From assembly GCA_040954595.2 (NCBI GenBank), contig CM082578.2, positions 4,260,831-4,324,830 on the forward strand: DNA of 64,000 nt, in the 5' to 3' direction. Made by a program: the position numbers and the translations under genes. The stretch comes from Balanoglossus misakiensis (Eukaryota > Animalia > Hemichordata). Positions 27,101 to 37,460 of the stretch are shown here, piece after piece; positions within the stretch are counted from its first letter, which is position 1, and each line of letters begins with the position of its first letter. The notes beneath the pieces were generated by a model. The model saw nothing but the letters and a program-made list of their open reading frames with translations, was not told the origin of the DNA and searched no databases.

Positions 27101-30100
27101 TCAACATCATCATCAACTGAACGAAATTTCCAGGACAATCAGAAGTATTCTGCTTTTCATCATTGAAGTGTGCTGTAATGGACTGTTTGAATGGTAGAGG
27201 AAGACGAAGTTTGCTCTGTGTACGACCTCAACCAAGTTTTGAAATGTACTTTCACAGCATCTACTGAGCCACATACTGTAAAACGAATTATTTTCGCAAG
27301 ACATACATTTTCGTGAAATACGCGAGAGCAAAAAGACGTGAAAATAAAAAGTTGCGTAAAATGTTTTTCGGAGATAACTATCCAGTCAATATAAGAGAAC
27401 GCGAACATTAATCCTCGCGTAACAGTTGCCTCCTTTGATATCGCGAAAATTTCCTGTCGCGAAAATAACCCGTTTTACAGTAGTCCCGCTTTACAGCTAG
27501 TGGCTGGGAAGGTTCACTGATACAGGTAAATCGCCAAACACACAAGTTTTGCTCGCTGAAGAAAACTTTTCAGGCTGGTTACAATAAATGGCTAGCTAGC
27601 TTACTTGACCACCAGTGCCTATATGTCATTTTCCAAGGACTTCAATTTTTAATTTCCACCCATCATCAGGATTGTAAACAAGGCTCTTGTTACAAGCTTA
27701 ATTATGTGAGCAGCAATAAACATATGATGTTTATGTGAAAATCATGACCTTTTCGTGTAAAATATTACCAGTGATATTTCACAAATGCCACAAGAAGGAC
27801 ATGGGCATAATATTGCAACATACCTTTTGAAAATAGCCTCGCCGTGAAGTTTTATCTCTGACTTGGCGGAAATATACAAAACCATGGAAATATGCATTTT
27901 CACCCTGAAATGTAAACAAGTTTATAAAATAACAAATGCAATAGAAACTGAGATGTGATATTCATAGCCTTTTGTTGCAATGTAATACAATGAAAACATG
28001 TCTGGAATACAAATTGTGATAATAAGAATTATTTAAGATCTTAAAAATATCCATGCTACTACCACAGTCTTAGTGAAATGATCATTAACTTCCTTTTCAT
28101 TTTTCTTCAAAGGAGATCTTACCTGTAATGGCAATGGACCTCTTCTTTCATAAGCATTCCTGGCACTGAGTGTAGTAGATTTTCTATTAACAACTGAAGT
28201 ATGTTGTCTGATACGAAAGTTAAACTGAGTATCCCCCATACAACCTGCAAAAGACCATCCAAATCCAATTATAAACTAGGAAAACATATTTATATTATAT
28301 AATGTTTCCAATAATATCAAAATATAATCACTATTTTAACCACATTGTTAGCAGGTTGTGCCCTGCATACCTAACTGCAAAGAAAACAGATCATGAGAGG
28401 CCTCTCAGCTCGTTTGAACATTTTCAGCAAGGACAATTTCATTTGAACAAAATCCCATTTTAAATTTAGGTCCAGCATGCATCTGCACAGCAAATATCAA
28501 CTTCAAGGTGATGGATGGAGGGGTTCTCATGGTTTTGCTGTGGACTTTCATACATGTACATACATAAATATAGCTCAACACACATTCCTGGGGTGTGTAA
28601 TACAGAGGCAGATTATCACTCCCGACATCACAACAGAGACACAGAGTGGATGTTAAACAAACATTTTGTGCATCAAATAGCCGAAAAATTTGGGGAACCA
28701 GAAATTGACCTATTTGCCTCCAGGTTGAATTACCAGTTCAACAAATATGTATCATGGCAACCTGACCCACATGCACTTGCAGTTGATGCATTTAGCTTAG
28801 ATTGATCTAAATGGTATTTTTATGCATTCCTTCCTTTCAGTGTACTCCCGAGAACAATACAGAAAATACAACTGGAAAAAGCGAGGGGAATTCTGATAGT
28901 GCGGTGCCATTTTGGACAACTCAACCATGGTTTTCCACCATGACGAAGTGCCTGATTGCAGACCCTGTCCTCCTACCAAAAGGAAACTCAATACTGACTC
29001 TACCCCAGGACAAGTCAGCAAAACACCCATTGTCAAAGAAACTATTGTCAGGCAATCCCTCAGAAGCAGAGGACTATCAAAGACAGTTACAGAAGTCATC
29101 CTTCAGTCCTGGAGACCAGGGACAAAAAGGACAATACAACTCCTATTTGGAACGATGGAAAGACTTTTGTAGTGAGAGGAAAATTAATACACATAAACCA
29201 ACTGTAGCTGCAGCTCTGGATTTCCTAGCAATGTTATACAAATCAGGGCTGGGCTATAGTGCTATCAATACTGCCAGATCAGCTTTGTCATCTCTTATTA
29301 CACTGTCAGACGACAACTCAAACTTTGGATCTCATCCACTTGTCACTCAATTCATGAAGGGCGTTTTCAATGACAGGCCATCACTGCCGAGATACAAGGT
29401 GACATGGGATGTTGGCAATTGTACTTAGACTCCTCCGCCAGTGGTCACCGGTCAAGACTCTGTCCCTTAAAATCTTGACTTTGAAATTAGTGACTCTAGT
29501 TGCACTTTTATCGGCTCAGCGAGCCCAGACTATACATCTTATAGACATTAGGAATATTGTCAATACAAAACAAGGGATCATCATTAAAGGGACAAAATCT
29601 CTCTCTCGCTGCCCTTTTTCCATTAATTTTGTTTAATACAAGACACCGTTTATGTTATTCTACATGTGGATATATAGTGAATCAACGTTCGACAACACAC
29701 AACTTCCATCCCACTTGTAGACACGAGAGTGAAAAACTTGGCAAAATGAATAATCGGTGATTACCATTTATTCATTTGGGCGAGATTTTTACCCTCATAT
29801 CCTACACATTAAACCACTAGAATTACCTGCTTACCCTCCAGATAGGAGACTTTGTGTACTTACTGTTCTAAAAGAGTATATCACTCGTATGAAGCCATTG
29901 AGAAACAAAGAAACTGCATTGTTTATCAGTTATGTTGGAAAACATTTTCCTGTTGGAAAATCCACTATTTCTAGGTGGATCAAAAACACACTTGGTATTG
30001 CTGGTTTAGATTTAACTGTTTTCAAGACACACAGTGTTCGTGCTGTTACCAGTTGAAAGAATTCTTTCCTCTGTTGGCTGGGCTAACGAAAAGACTTTTG

Positions 30101-32675
30101 CCAAATTTTACAAAAAGCCCATTGTTCCTGTTAGAAACTTGGCCGTATGATTTTAAACACGACCAAACAGAATTAAAATTCGTGTTCATGGAAATTGTAA
30201 AAATGTGTGGACCACATTTTTATTGTGTGTGTGCATGCATTAGCTCGAGAACACACTCTAAACATCTCGAGTGACACCTACGAGACAGCAGTGAGGCAGA
30301 ATTCGAAAGTTTAAACGAGACTTACTGGTAAGTTGAAGTTTGACTAGAATTCTGCTGAGCTGTTGTCGCAGCTAAGGTGTCACTCACCCACCCAAATCTA
30401 TGTGTCTGTACGCATCTTGTACTATTCATGATGAGTTTCACCCTCCCAAATTATTGAGGAATGGTGTATTCTCTCGCCGATAAAAACTGAATGCTGGGTA
30501 GTATCGCGCAATCTCGAGTGACACCTTAGTATAATAAGTTGAGTGGACACAACTACACAGCTATTTTTTATCTTACCTGAGTTTGAATCAGGAAATGATA
30601 AATAACAAATATTCATTTTCTGGAAGACAAAGAAGAGTGCATGAGAAACCTTGATTAAATCAGAATGCATGTATGTGTCGGTGACAATTTCATTGAATAA
30701 ATACACCCAATATATCATTAGAATGTGTCTGACGGTATCATAAAAAAACTTACTTCTTTTTCAGAGAGTTTCACATGAGTTGGATACACAACCTAAAACA
30801 GAAAGATGAGAACAAGAATTATAAAAACAGTTGGAAAGGCCAGGGATTCGGATTAACGTGTCTTTGTATAGTTGTATATTTGGGAGTGGTCGTCGTGCAT
30901 AACGACTGCGTAATTGATCTCATGTAAATAGCAAATAATTGAACACTTTACACCTCTGCACGTCTCTGAAAGATTAACAGCTGTTTGAATGGCGTGGTTA
31001 TTGTTTCCCAGGGATGCTTCTGAAAAGCACTGAAACAAGATTTCTCCCAAAATCATCGTTGTTTCAAAAGCTCGTGTACTTTTTCGTCGATAACTTTATG
31101 TTGTGTGTGTTTATAAAGCCAACTACTGTCGTTGTGTGGTGTAATTCTTTATGCTTGGACCTGTTTGGGCCGATTTTCATAGAGCCAAGATCGTTGGTGT
31201 TGTCTGTCGTCAGTCAAATGGCATTAAGATACGCCACTGATTGGGGGGGGGGGGGGGGGGGGGGGCTTTTATACCCTGCACCAGGGTTTAAAGACCTCCA
31301 TTATCATATGTTAATGGGCAGGGTAATTCAAACCCTCCACCAGTTACAATTTTCACAAACAGGGCCATTTTATTCACATAAAATTAGACAGCTGTTTTCC
31401 ACAACTTGGACTATTTTAAGACAAACCTGTGGATTCATGTGAAGATAGGTGTAATTGACTATTATGGAACATGATTTTGGTAACTTCTATGGTGTAGCTT
31501 CTTTGAAATCACAACATTTCTGATGATTGTGAATAACCACACAGCAATGACATCCTATCGATTATTTTTAAAATGTTTTTAGACTGCTATGCACAGAATC
31601 AGATTTTACAACAAATTTACATTTCAAACTCGGCGAAACTTCAGTGGATTTATCATGTTTTATTATGGAAGCAGAACACTGGGGAAAATTTGGGCGTCGG
31701 AGATGTGATTTTTGGGGGGGTGCAATCGTTTTCAAATTTTATCGGAGGTATGAGTTAAACCTCGTAACTGAGCCGACGACAGAAAGTCGATTGGTAAATT
31801 TCACATAAGGCCTTGTAGCAGTAGGCTGCGAACACACCACTCAACCTACATGTAGCAGCACCTGCTACAATCATTGCAGCTAGGTGGCAACCTAGCTGCA
31901 ATAATTGTAGCCCTGGTGGGTTGGTTAATCGCTGACGGGAGGCGTGATCGCTGTCGGCCCTCAGTCAGCGATTAACCAACCAATCAGGGCTACAATTATT
32001 GCAGCTAGGTGGCAACCCTGAACTTGTTGAATGATTTACCAGGGGCAAAAATATTTCCTCATCACCGATAATGGACTAATTAATCATTATCAATCTTCCA
32101 GGATCCTCCTCCCCCAGGATATCAAAGGATCCACTCCTAAGTGATGTTCTAACCCGTACATTGTTCCCCGAGTATGCAAAACGATAAGTCAAAACGTTCA
32201 AGTAGCTCAGTAGCTCCATATGGGGAGTTTATCACCAAGAGTCAAGACGATGACTGTGTTCCCATATGTCTGCTGCCCCCCCCCCCCCCCCCCCTGGGAG
32301 GTTTCTCCCGATCAAGCTGCAACCGAATGTTTCAGATTTTGAACATTATGCGCACAATGACCGACTTGTTTATAACAAAGTCGTCGAAATAACACTGCTG
32401 CTATCATCAAGCGACCACAGTCAGTGTGATTCCGACGCCTTCGGACTTGGTACAAACAATCCGTTCATTTTTTTCAACTTTCAAACACGATCGACCCAGT
32501 AACGCGATTACATTACCTCCATGGCTTGACCTAGCTCAAGATCAAAGGTCACAACACAGACACAGTGCAACCAATTTGTAAACCTGTCCCATGGCAAAAC
32601 TGTTGGCGAAATGTCATCATTTTCAAGCGATCTTGACGAAAGAGGTGGGTTCTCTTGATCTACTGCCGACGCCAT
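12133..32675 (-). CDS. DENND6A: DENN domain-containing protein 6 (DENND6A/B, FAM116; Rab14 GEF family), 16 exons, 581 aa
   Basis: Exons 32517-32675, 30754-30792, 30577-30619, 28123-28244, 27824-27904, 26424-26529, 25739-25881, 24939-25058, 24253-24410, 20198-20292, 18469-18528, 18134-18198, 16652-16795, 14721-14830, 12920-13097, 12133-12255 sum to 1746 nt in frame. Recognised motifs: [140 protein letters not shown]. Probably a co-orthologue of vertebrate DENND6A and DENND6B. Confidence 0.96.
13279..13624. mobile_element. Palindromic MITE family A, full length, TTAA TSD
   Basis: TTAA-AGGGAC...GTCCCT-TTAA; almost the whole element is an inverted repeat. Confidence 0.9.
13827..14080. mobile_element. 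MITE family D, degenerate copy
   Basis: GCCTCTAGAGGTGCCACTTTTTGCATTATTT and internal sequence match the intact copy at 46913-47272. Confidence 0.65.
14171..14524. mobile_element. Palindromic MITE family A
   Basis: TTAA-AGGGACAAAGTCTCTCTCTCGCTGCCC ... GAGAGACTTTGTCCTT. Confidence 0.9.
15521..16091. mobile_element. TAG-terminated MITE (host) carrying a nested MITE; 9-bp TSD
   Basis: TIR TAGACTCTCTCACAGCCC / GGGCTGTGAGAGAGTTTA; flanks ATGCCAGAA / ATGCCAGAC; an uninterrupted copy lies at 17847-18015. Confidence 0.8.
15576..15962. mobile_element. Nested palindromic MITE with TAG...CTA termini and 9-bp TSD (Academ-like)
   Basis: About 130-bp TIRs starting TAGTCTAGAATCTATCCGTTCGTAG; perfect TSD GGTCTGATT at 15567-15575 and 15963-15971. 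Confidence 0.9.
16266..16450. mobile_element. MITE family B (TTAA TSD)
   Basis: TTAA-AGGTATACGGTCACCT ... AGATGACCGTATACCT-TTAA. Confidence 0.88.
17847..18015. mobile_element. TAG-terminated MITE, uninterrupted copy of the 15521 element in opposite orientation
   Basis: TAGACTCTCTCACAGCCC ... GGGCTGTGAGAGAGTCTA; contains a single AATCAGACC, the empty target site. Confidence 0.8.
19770..20087. mobile_element. Palindromic MITE family A with internal deletion
   Basis: TTAA-TGGGACAAAGTC ... GACTTTGTCCCT-TTAA. Confidence 0.88.
20452..20731. mobile_element. MITE family C (Kolobok-like, TTAA TSD)
   Basis: TTAA-GGTGGCATTGCAT ... ATGCAATGCCACC-TTAA. Confidence 0.82.
20736..21084. mobile_element. Palindromic MITE family A, abutting family C across a shared TTAA
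   Basis: TTAA(20732-20735)-AAGGACAAAGTC ... GACTTTGTCCCT-TTAA. Confidence 0.9.
21729..23745 (+). mobile_element. Helentron-type non-autonomous element (HINE), about 2 kb
   Basis: 5' TTATTAGGGGACCAAGCGCC-CTCA-GGCGCTTGGTCCCC hairpin; 3' subterminal IR GCTTGGGCCCC followed by stem-loop GCTGC-TT-GCAGC and a T-rich end; internal inverted CCTAGGACCTTGAAATTTGGCAC repeats. Confidence 0.75.
23941..24151. mobile_element. TA-flanked MITE (CTGTAAAAC termini)
   Basis: TA-CTGTAAAACATGTT ... AACATGTTTTACAG-TA; related copy at 27276-27480. Confidence 0.8.
25941..26165. mobile_element. MITE family B, diverged
   Basis: TTAA-AGGTGTACGGTCACCT start; internal sequence matches family B in reverse orientation. 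Confidence 0.7.
27276..27480. mobile_element. TA-flanked MITE (CTGTAAAAC termini)
   Basis: TA-CTGTAAAACG ... CGTTTTACAG-TA. Confidence 0.8.
28560..30529 (+). mobile_element. 5'-truncated, decayed DIRS1-like tyrosine-recombinase retrotransposon in DENND6 intron 3 (antisense to the host gene)
   Basis: RNase H end [15 protein letters not shown]; DIRS methyltransferase-like block IDLFASRLN...AVDAFSLD*...FYAFLPF...PFWTTQPWF; overlapping [55 protein letters not shown]. Stops and frameshifts are present. The 3' end has an ICR/ITR structure. Confidence 0.92.
29588..29806. mobile_element. Palindromic MITE family A (partial) inserted in the DIRS recombinase ORF
   Basis: TTAA-AGGGACAAAATCTCTCTCTCGCTGCCC...; the YR reading resumes with [17 protein letters not shown] after about 29806. 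Confidence 0.88.
31893..32007. mobile_element. Small palindromic TAG...CTA MITE with 10-bp TSD
   Basis: TAGCTGCAATAATTGTAGCCCTG ... CAGGGCTACAATTATTGCAGCTA flanked by GGTGGCAACC at 31883-31892 and 32008-32017. Confidence 0.82.
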
Positions 32676-35600
32676 CTTTTATTTTTAATCGGCGGAAACA
32701 GGAAATAAGTACGCCCTCTACTGTAGTACTACATTTACTGCAAATCCGACGGCGAGTTCTTCACGATCTACTTAGCCGCGAAAACGGACCCAACGAACTC
32801 GAACGGGACCAAAATGCTTTCAAGTGGGTGCCTCTAATACTTAAACGGAACCATTTGTTTCAAGTTTCATTCCCTTGACTTATAATTATAGACTTAAAGT
32901 ATTATATATTGAACTCGGATATGCTAGAGCGCCGCCGCGGTTGGTAACCTTAGCTTCGTTTGTTTTTGTTTTTTGTTTTTCACACTCGGATCGGATTTCC
33001 ATAGGTTTCGGTTAACAGTCTATGTTCTCAGGTAAAGAATACCTGACACATCATTTAATAATACTATTTTGGCATCTTCTGTGAACATTCCAGGAAATGA
33101 CAATAATGTAACACTGTTTTCTCATAATTCTACATGTAAGGCTGTGGAATGCGATAACCATGCATTGTATAGTTTATTTCGAAAGGCCAGATACTATGCT
33201 ATGACAATGTAGGGCAACGATTTTCCACTAATTTACGAACTTTCTGGAAATGCTCCATGACAGAACGTTTAGTTGTGACCAGTGTTGTTTGTAGCTGGTG
33301 CAGCTTACAATGTCACAACCCTCGATAACCTGAACAACTAATCCATTGCATGAAATAGGTGGATGTGTCAAGCGATGCCGATGCATACATTTTCAGTTTT
33401 GAAACAGGCAGTTTGACAGGCGTGCTTTGTCTAGCGACTTCCAGAATGATGGTAGAGTATGGCTTCCATCAGGGCTCGATCGTCATGTTCCGTGGCATAG
33501 ACTAATTTACCGGACACAGAGCAATGAAACGCCCGCAAATGTACAATTACTAATTACATGTTATGGTAGGAGTGAGAAAATAAGATTAAAATGGGGTTTC
33601 AGAAGTGTATACTTAACGGTCTTTAGTGTCGTTTGGAGAAGTTATCAGTGGCAGGGATTAACAGTCCCTTGTTTGCTGAATAAACAAACAAACCTCATTA
33701 TTGTACTCTGTCTGTAATGGTGTCGTTTTTTCCACGATTTTCCACTAATTTATGAACTTGCAAAACGTTCTAGATGAAAATGACTTGGTCTAAAGTCTCT
33801 AGTATTATGCTACTTCATTAAAACATAATAAAGCAGTGAGTAAGTACTATTTATGATCGTTTTTTTCCAACTGAAAGTGCCGTTCACACAAATTGTCGAT
33901 TTTCTCTGTTCAGTTTTGGCCTCTGGAGTGCAACTTCAAAAGAGTGTAACTTAGCAATGCGTGCACAGATTGTTCCGATTTTTGGCCTGAGGAAGGGAAC
34001 AATACCTGTCTCCAAACCCCATGAGCGGATTTCCAATAAAGTTGATACACGGTTATTTTGATAGAACAAAAGAAATCACCACACAAGTGAACAAATGTCG
34101 ATAATTTATGCAAAAATCGACAGTTGACACTTTAAAGGCTCATTGTTCGAAAACAAAAGTGAATATCAAAATTCCATGACCCGGTATTTTTACCACTATA
34201 CCCAGCTGTCGATTGCCGGTAACAGATCACCTTGAGGCATTGTCTTTTTTTATTGCCACTCCTTTGAGTAAAAAAACTTAAAATCATGCATTTTTTAGCA
34301 AAACGAGAAAGAGAACAGAAATTTTGGAAAATAAATCAGATTTTCATAAACTTCAAGTATAGAGCTAACAGAAAATATATAATGTGTTGGTGGGAAACAT
34401 GAAATACAAGGAGAAATAATCGATTAAAAACAAGTATCATAAAAGGTGCATCTCAACCTTAAATCGAAGGCAAACGTTGTTACGCTACACATTGACGTTT
34501 AAACTGTGTGTTCACTGATAATAGAAGCGCAGAAAAATAAAATGTCTAGATATATAGCCCCTAAAATTGGTTTAAAGTGCTTGGTGAGTATTTGAAAACA
34601 ACCATCATTGAAACAAACATGACACACACTGGACGTTTGAAGAGATGTCTTTCTACATCGTCGGCGCAGCGCCCCCTGGACCCCCTAGCCACTAAACGTT
34701 TGTCTAGTTTTGATATCCGACTTTGAAGTGAACTTTCGCGTCCCGCTGTTAAATTAATCAATCAATATGACAGCAGAATATTCAAATAGGCAAAGCTGAG
34801 AATAGATTCAAAGCTGTAACACTAGCCCGGGGCTTCGGCAATCCAAATGGCAAAGCGCCGTAACCTAATTTATCATACGTAAATGCAAGTAGTTATGTCG
34901 TCATAATATTTTACTGCAAATAACAGGATCGAAATATTTAGTCAAAGATGTGAGTCATTTAAATCTCATAGAAAGGGGAAATGGCTAAATCTATGTCAAA
35001 ACACGGCAAATCTTAATGCAAAAAAATAGTAATTCACAGTGATGAAGGAAGGGGGCGTATATAATTAGGAGTAATATATGAATAGGGGCTAAGGGGGAGA
35101 TATAAAGTCAAGAATAGAACGCTCAAAATATTAACTGAGACCATGAGAAGATGAATACACCTGTGCACCTGTCGCATGCAAAATCGTTGACATCTAATTC
35201 AGGCATGTACATAAATTGGGTTGGAATAGCGGCATTATAAATAACCGTATGTTTCACAGAGCCCATCTGTTATAAATAACTTCTCAAATGGAACTATTCA
35301 AATCAGTTTGAAAATAGCGACAAGATTTGCAAACTGATTGATTGACGTTAAATACAGCGATGAGGTTACCGTTTTGTGGGAGTGAATTTAACGTACCGTA
35401 AATAAAACACAGGTGATATTTGCCGTCGTGCTAGCCTCCGATTTCTTTGCGTCAGAATACGAATTACAAATTTGCGTAGAGATATTAGAGACATTATTTT
35501 TTGTATAAGTGTGGCATCATACCAACCGCCATTATATATCCCCGCGCGTTGGTATCATAGTTATTGTTTTGAATCCTGGCTACTGTAATCAAATGTCACC

Positions 35601-37277
35601 CTTCTGGGGTTTGTGATCAATACGCGTGTCATAGTAACGAGGTGACAACGCCCTTCCCTATATTGTGTTCCATTAACGACTAAACATTCAGTCTGAGATT
35701 GATCAAACCCTTTGGTCCCCGGAGTGCTGACCTTAGATTAATAAATGTATTAGTAGGCTGTTGCAAGAAGCGACTCGTTATGGCGACTGCCATCGTTTGC
35801 CTTCCGAATAGTTAATTTCAGACGGAGGACGACAATATACAATACCCGACGTTAAATTGTACAGCCTCATTAATAGCTTTATTTCCATCCCACAAACGTT
35901 AACGAATTATCTATCTGAACGCGACGCTTGGCTCGACAATTCTTGTGTTGGTTTTTAATACAGTGTTCAGGCGTGGTTAGGATTTATATATTAGTCTCAA
36001 AATGTAAACAGTTTTATCTAATTTTCATCCCCCGTCTTTACATTTGTAAATTACTTTGGGATATTTGTCGTTATTTTGTGTCATCCAGTGCTGAAAAGCA
36101 GTAGGATTCCATGTTGTGCATTATAGACTCGAAGGCTTGGACTATCAGAAACGGGATAGGGATTTAGCAGGCGCCATTGATATTACAGCGACAAGACGCG
36201 GACGCACAAGATGGGCGCCGTGAAAACTTCTGAATAAATCATCAAAGGCTCTTCTTCCTGCATGCATGACTCCTGAAAACCGGGCTAATCCGCAACATGT
36301 TTACCTGATCAATTATGCACACAAAGCACGATCAGCTGGACTGTAGGCAGCAGTGAACAGGTGGACGTATAAGCTGGCAAATTCAGTGAAATACGAGAGC
36401 GTGATGCATTCGGTGTCGCTGGATCTTGTCAATCTTTGAAAGGAGGTGAGGAACTCGTTCTCGGAATCCTCTGATCCCCCAGGCAGTGTTCATCAATGAT
36501 TAAACGTCAGTTAGCCAAATGCATCCGCCTTGAATTAATAATACCAAATCTTTACTTCTCTCCTGTCGCACGAACGCGTATAGTCTATTTCGACATTTAA
36601 CAGTAATATTTCTAGAGTGTCTTGAACAAATTCGTTTTATTCCACGTCTTCTGTGAAGTACTTGGCATTCATTGCTGTTGCTGTGGAAGTGTGCGCACTT
36701 CGCTATTTAATGTTTTGATACCAAAGAAATATAATTTAGCGAAATATGTGCGACGTATTTAAAATTTTATGCCAAGCAGTTAATATTTCACCCGGAAACA
36801 GATGTCCATATTCCATCGTTTGAACAAAATAAATCTCTCTGCATGTCATCTATCATTCATTCAACTCCACGACTCAGAGTAAATCGGTTGGAACTCAATA
36901 TCTTATTTAAGAATGACAATATTGTGTCATTACGCCGCGACCACTATTTACAGAACATTATCGGAAACGAGACACTTTAAATAATTAAGATCTTTTAAAT
37001 TCATCAGTACATGTATGATTACTGTATATGTTTAAATTTTTATTTTTTTCTCCATTTGTTTTCTACTGCAAACCCAAACGTGATTACCTGTAGGCTGAAC
37101 GAATGAAATGACACGACGAAATATTATAATCAATAATGCATGCGAAGATACACTGTCAAACAGTTACAAGACAGACATTTTCTCAATGGTTGCGCGAAAA
37201 TGGCAGATAGTACAATGAAGCAAAGAAGAAATTACAATTAAACCGTTCCTCGCGGACACTCATCCAATCAGGAAAAG

Positions 37278-37460
37278 TGGTATACGGTCAGATATGCAAA
37301 TATAGCTACAGTTACCATGGCAAATTGAGATCTAGCCAGTCACAGATTTTCAGTGGGTGGCACATGCGAAAAAAGAGCGCCATCATACGTTCTTTAGAAC
37401 GCTCAAATACGCCTTTCTGACATATATGAGCGTATGTAAATTGGAGGTGACTGTATACCG
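37278..37460. mobile_element. MITE family B
   Basis: GGTATACGGTCA ... GGTGACTGTATACCG-TTAA; internal match to the 8116 copy in reverse. Confidence 0.75.

Noticed and set aside
28640-28960. Host or horizontally acquired DNA adenine methyltransferase
   Set aside because: The IDLFAS...YAFLPF block is the standard methyltransferase-like domain of DIRS1 pol, and here it is broken by a stop and a frameshift.
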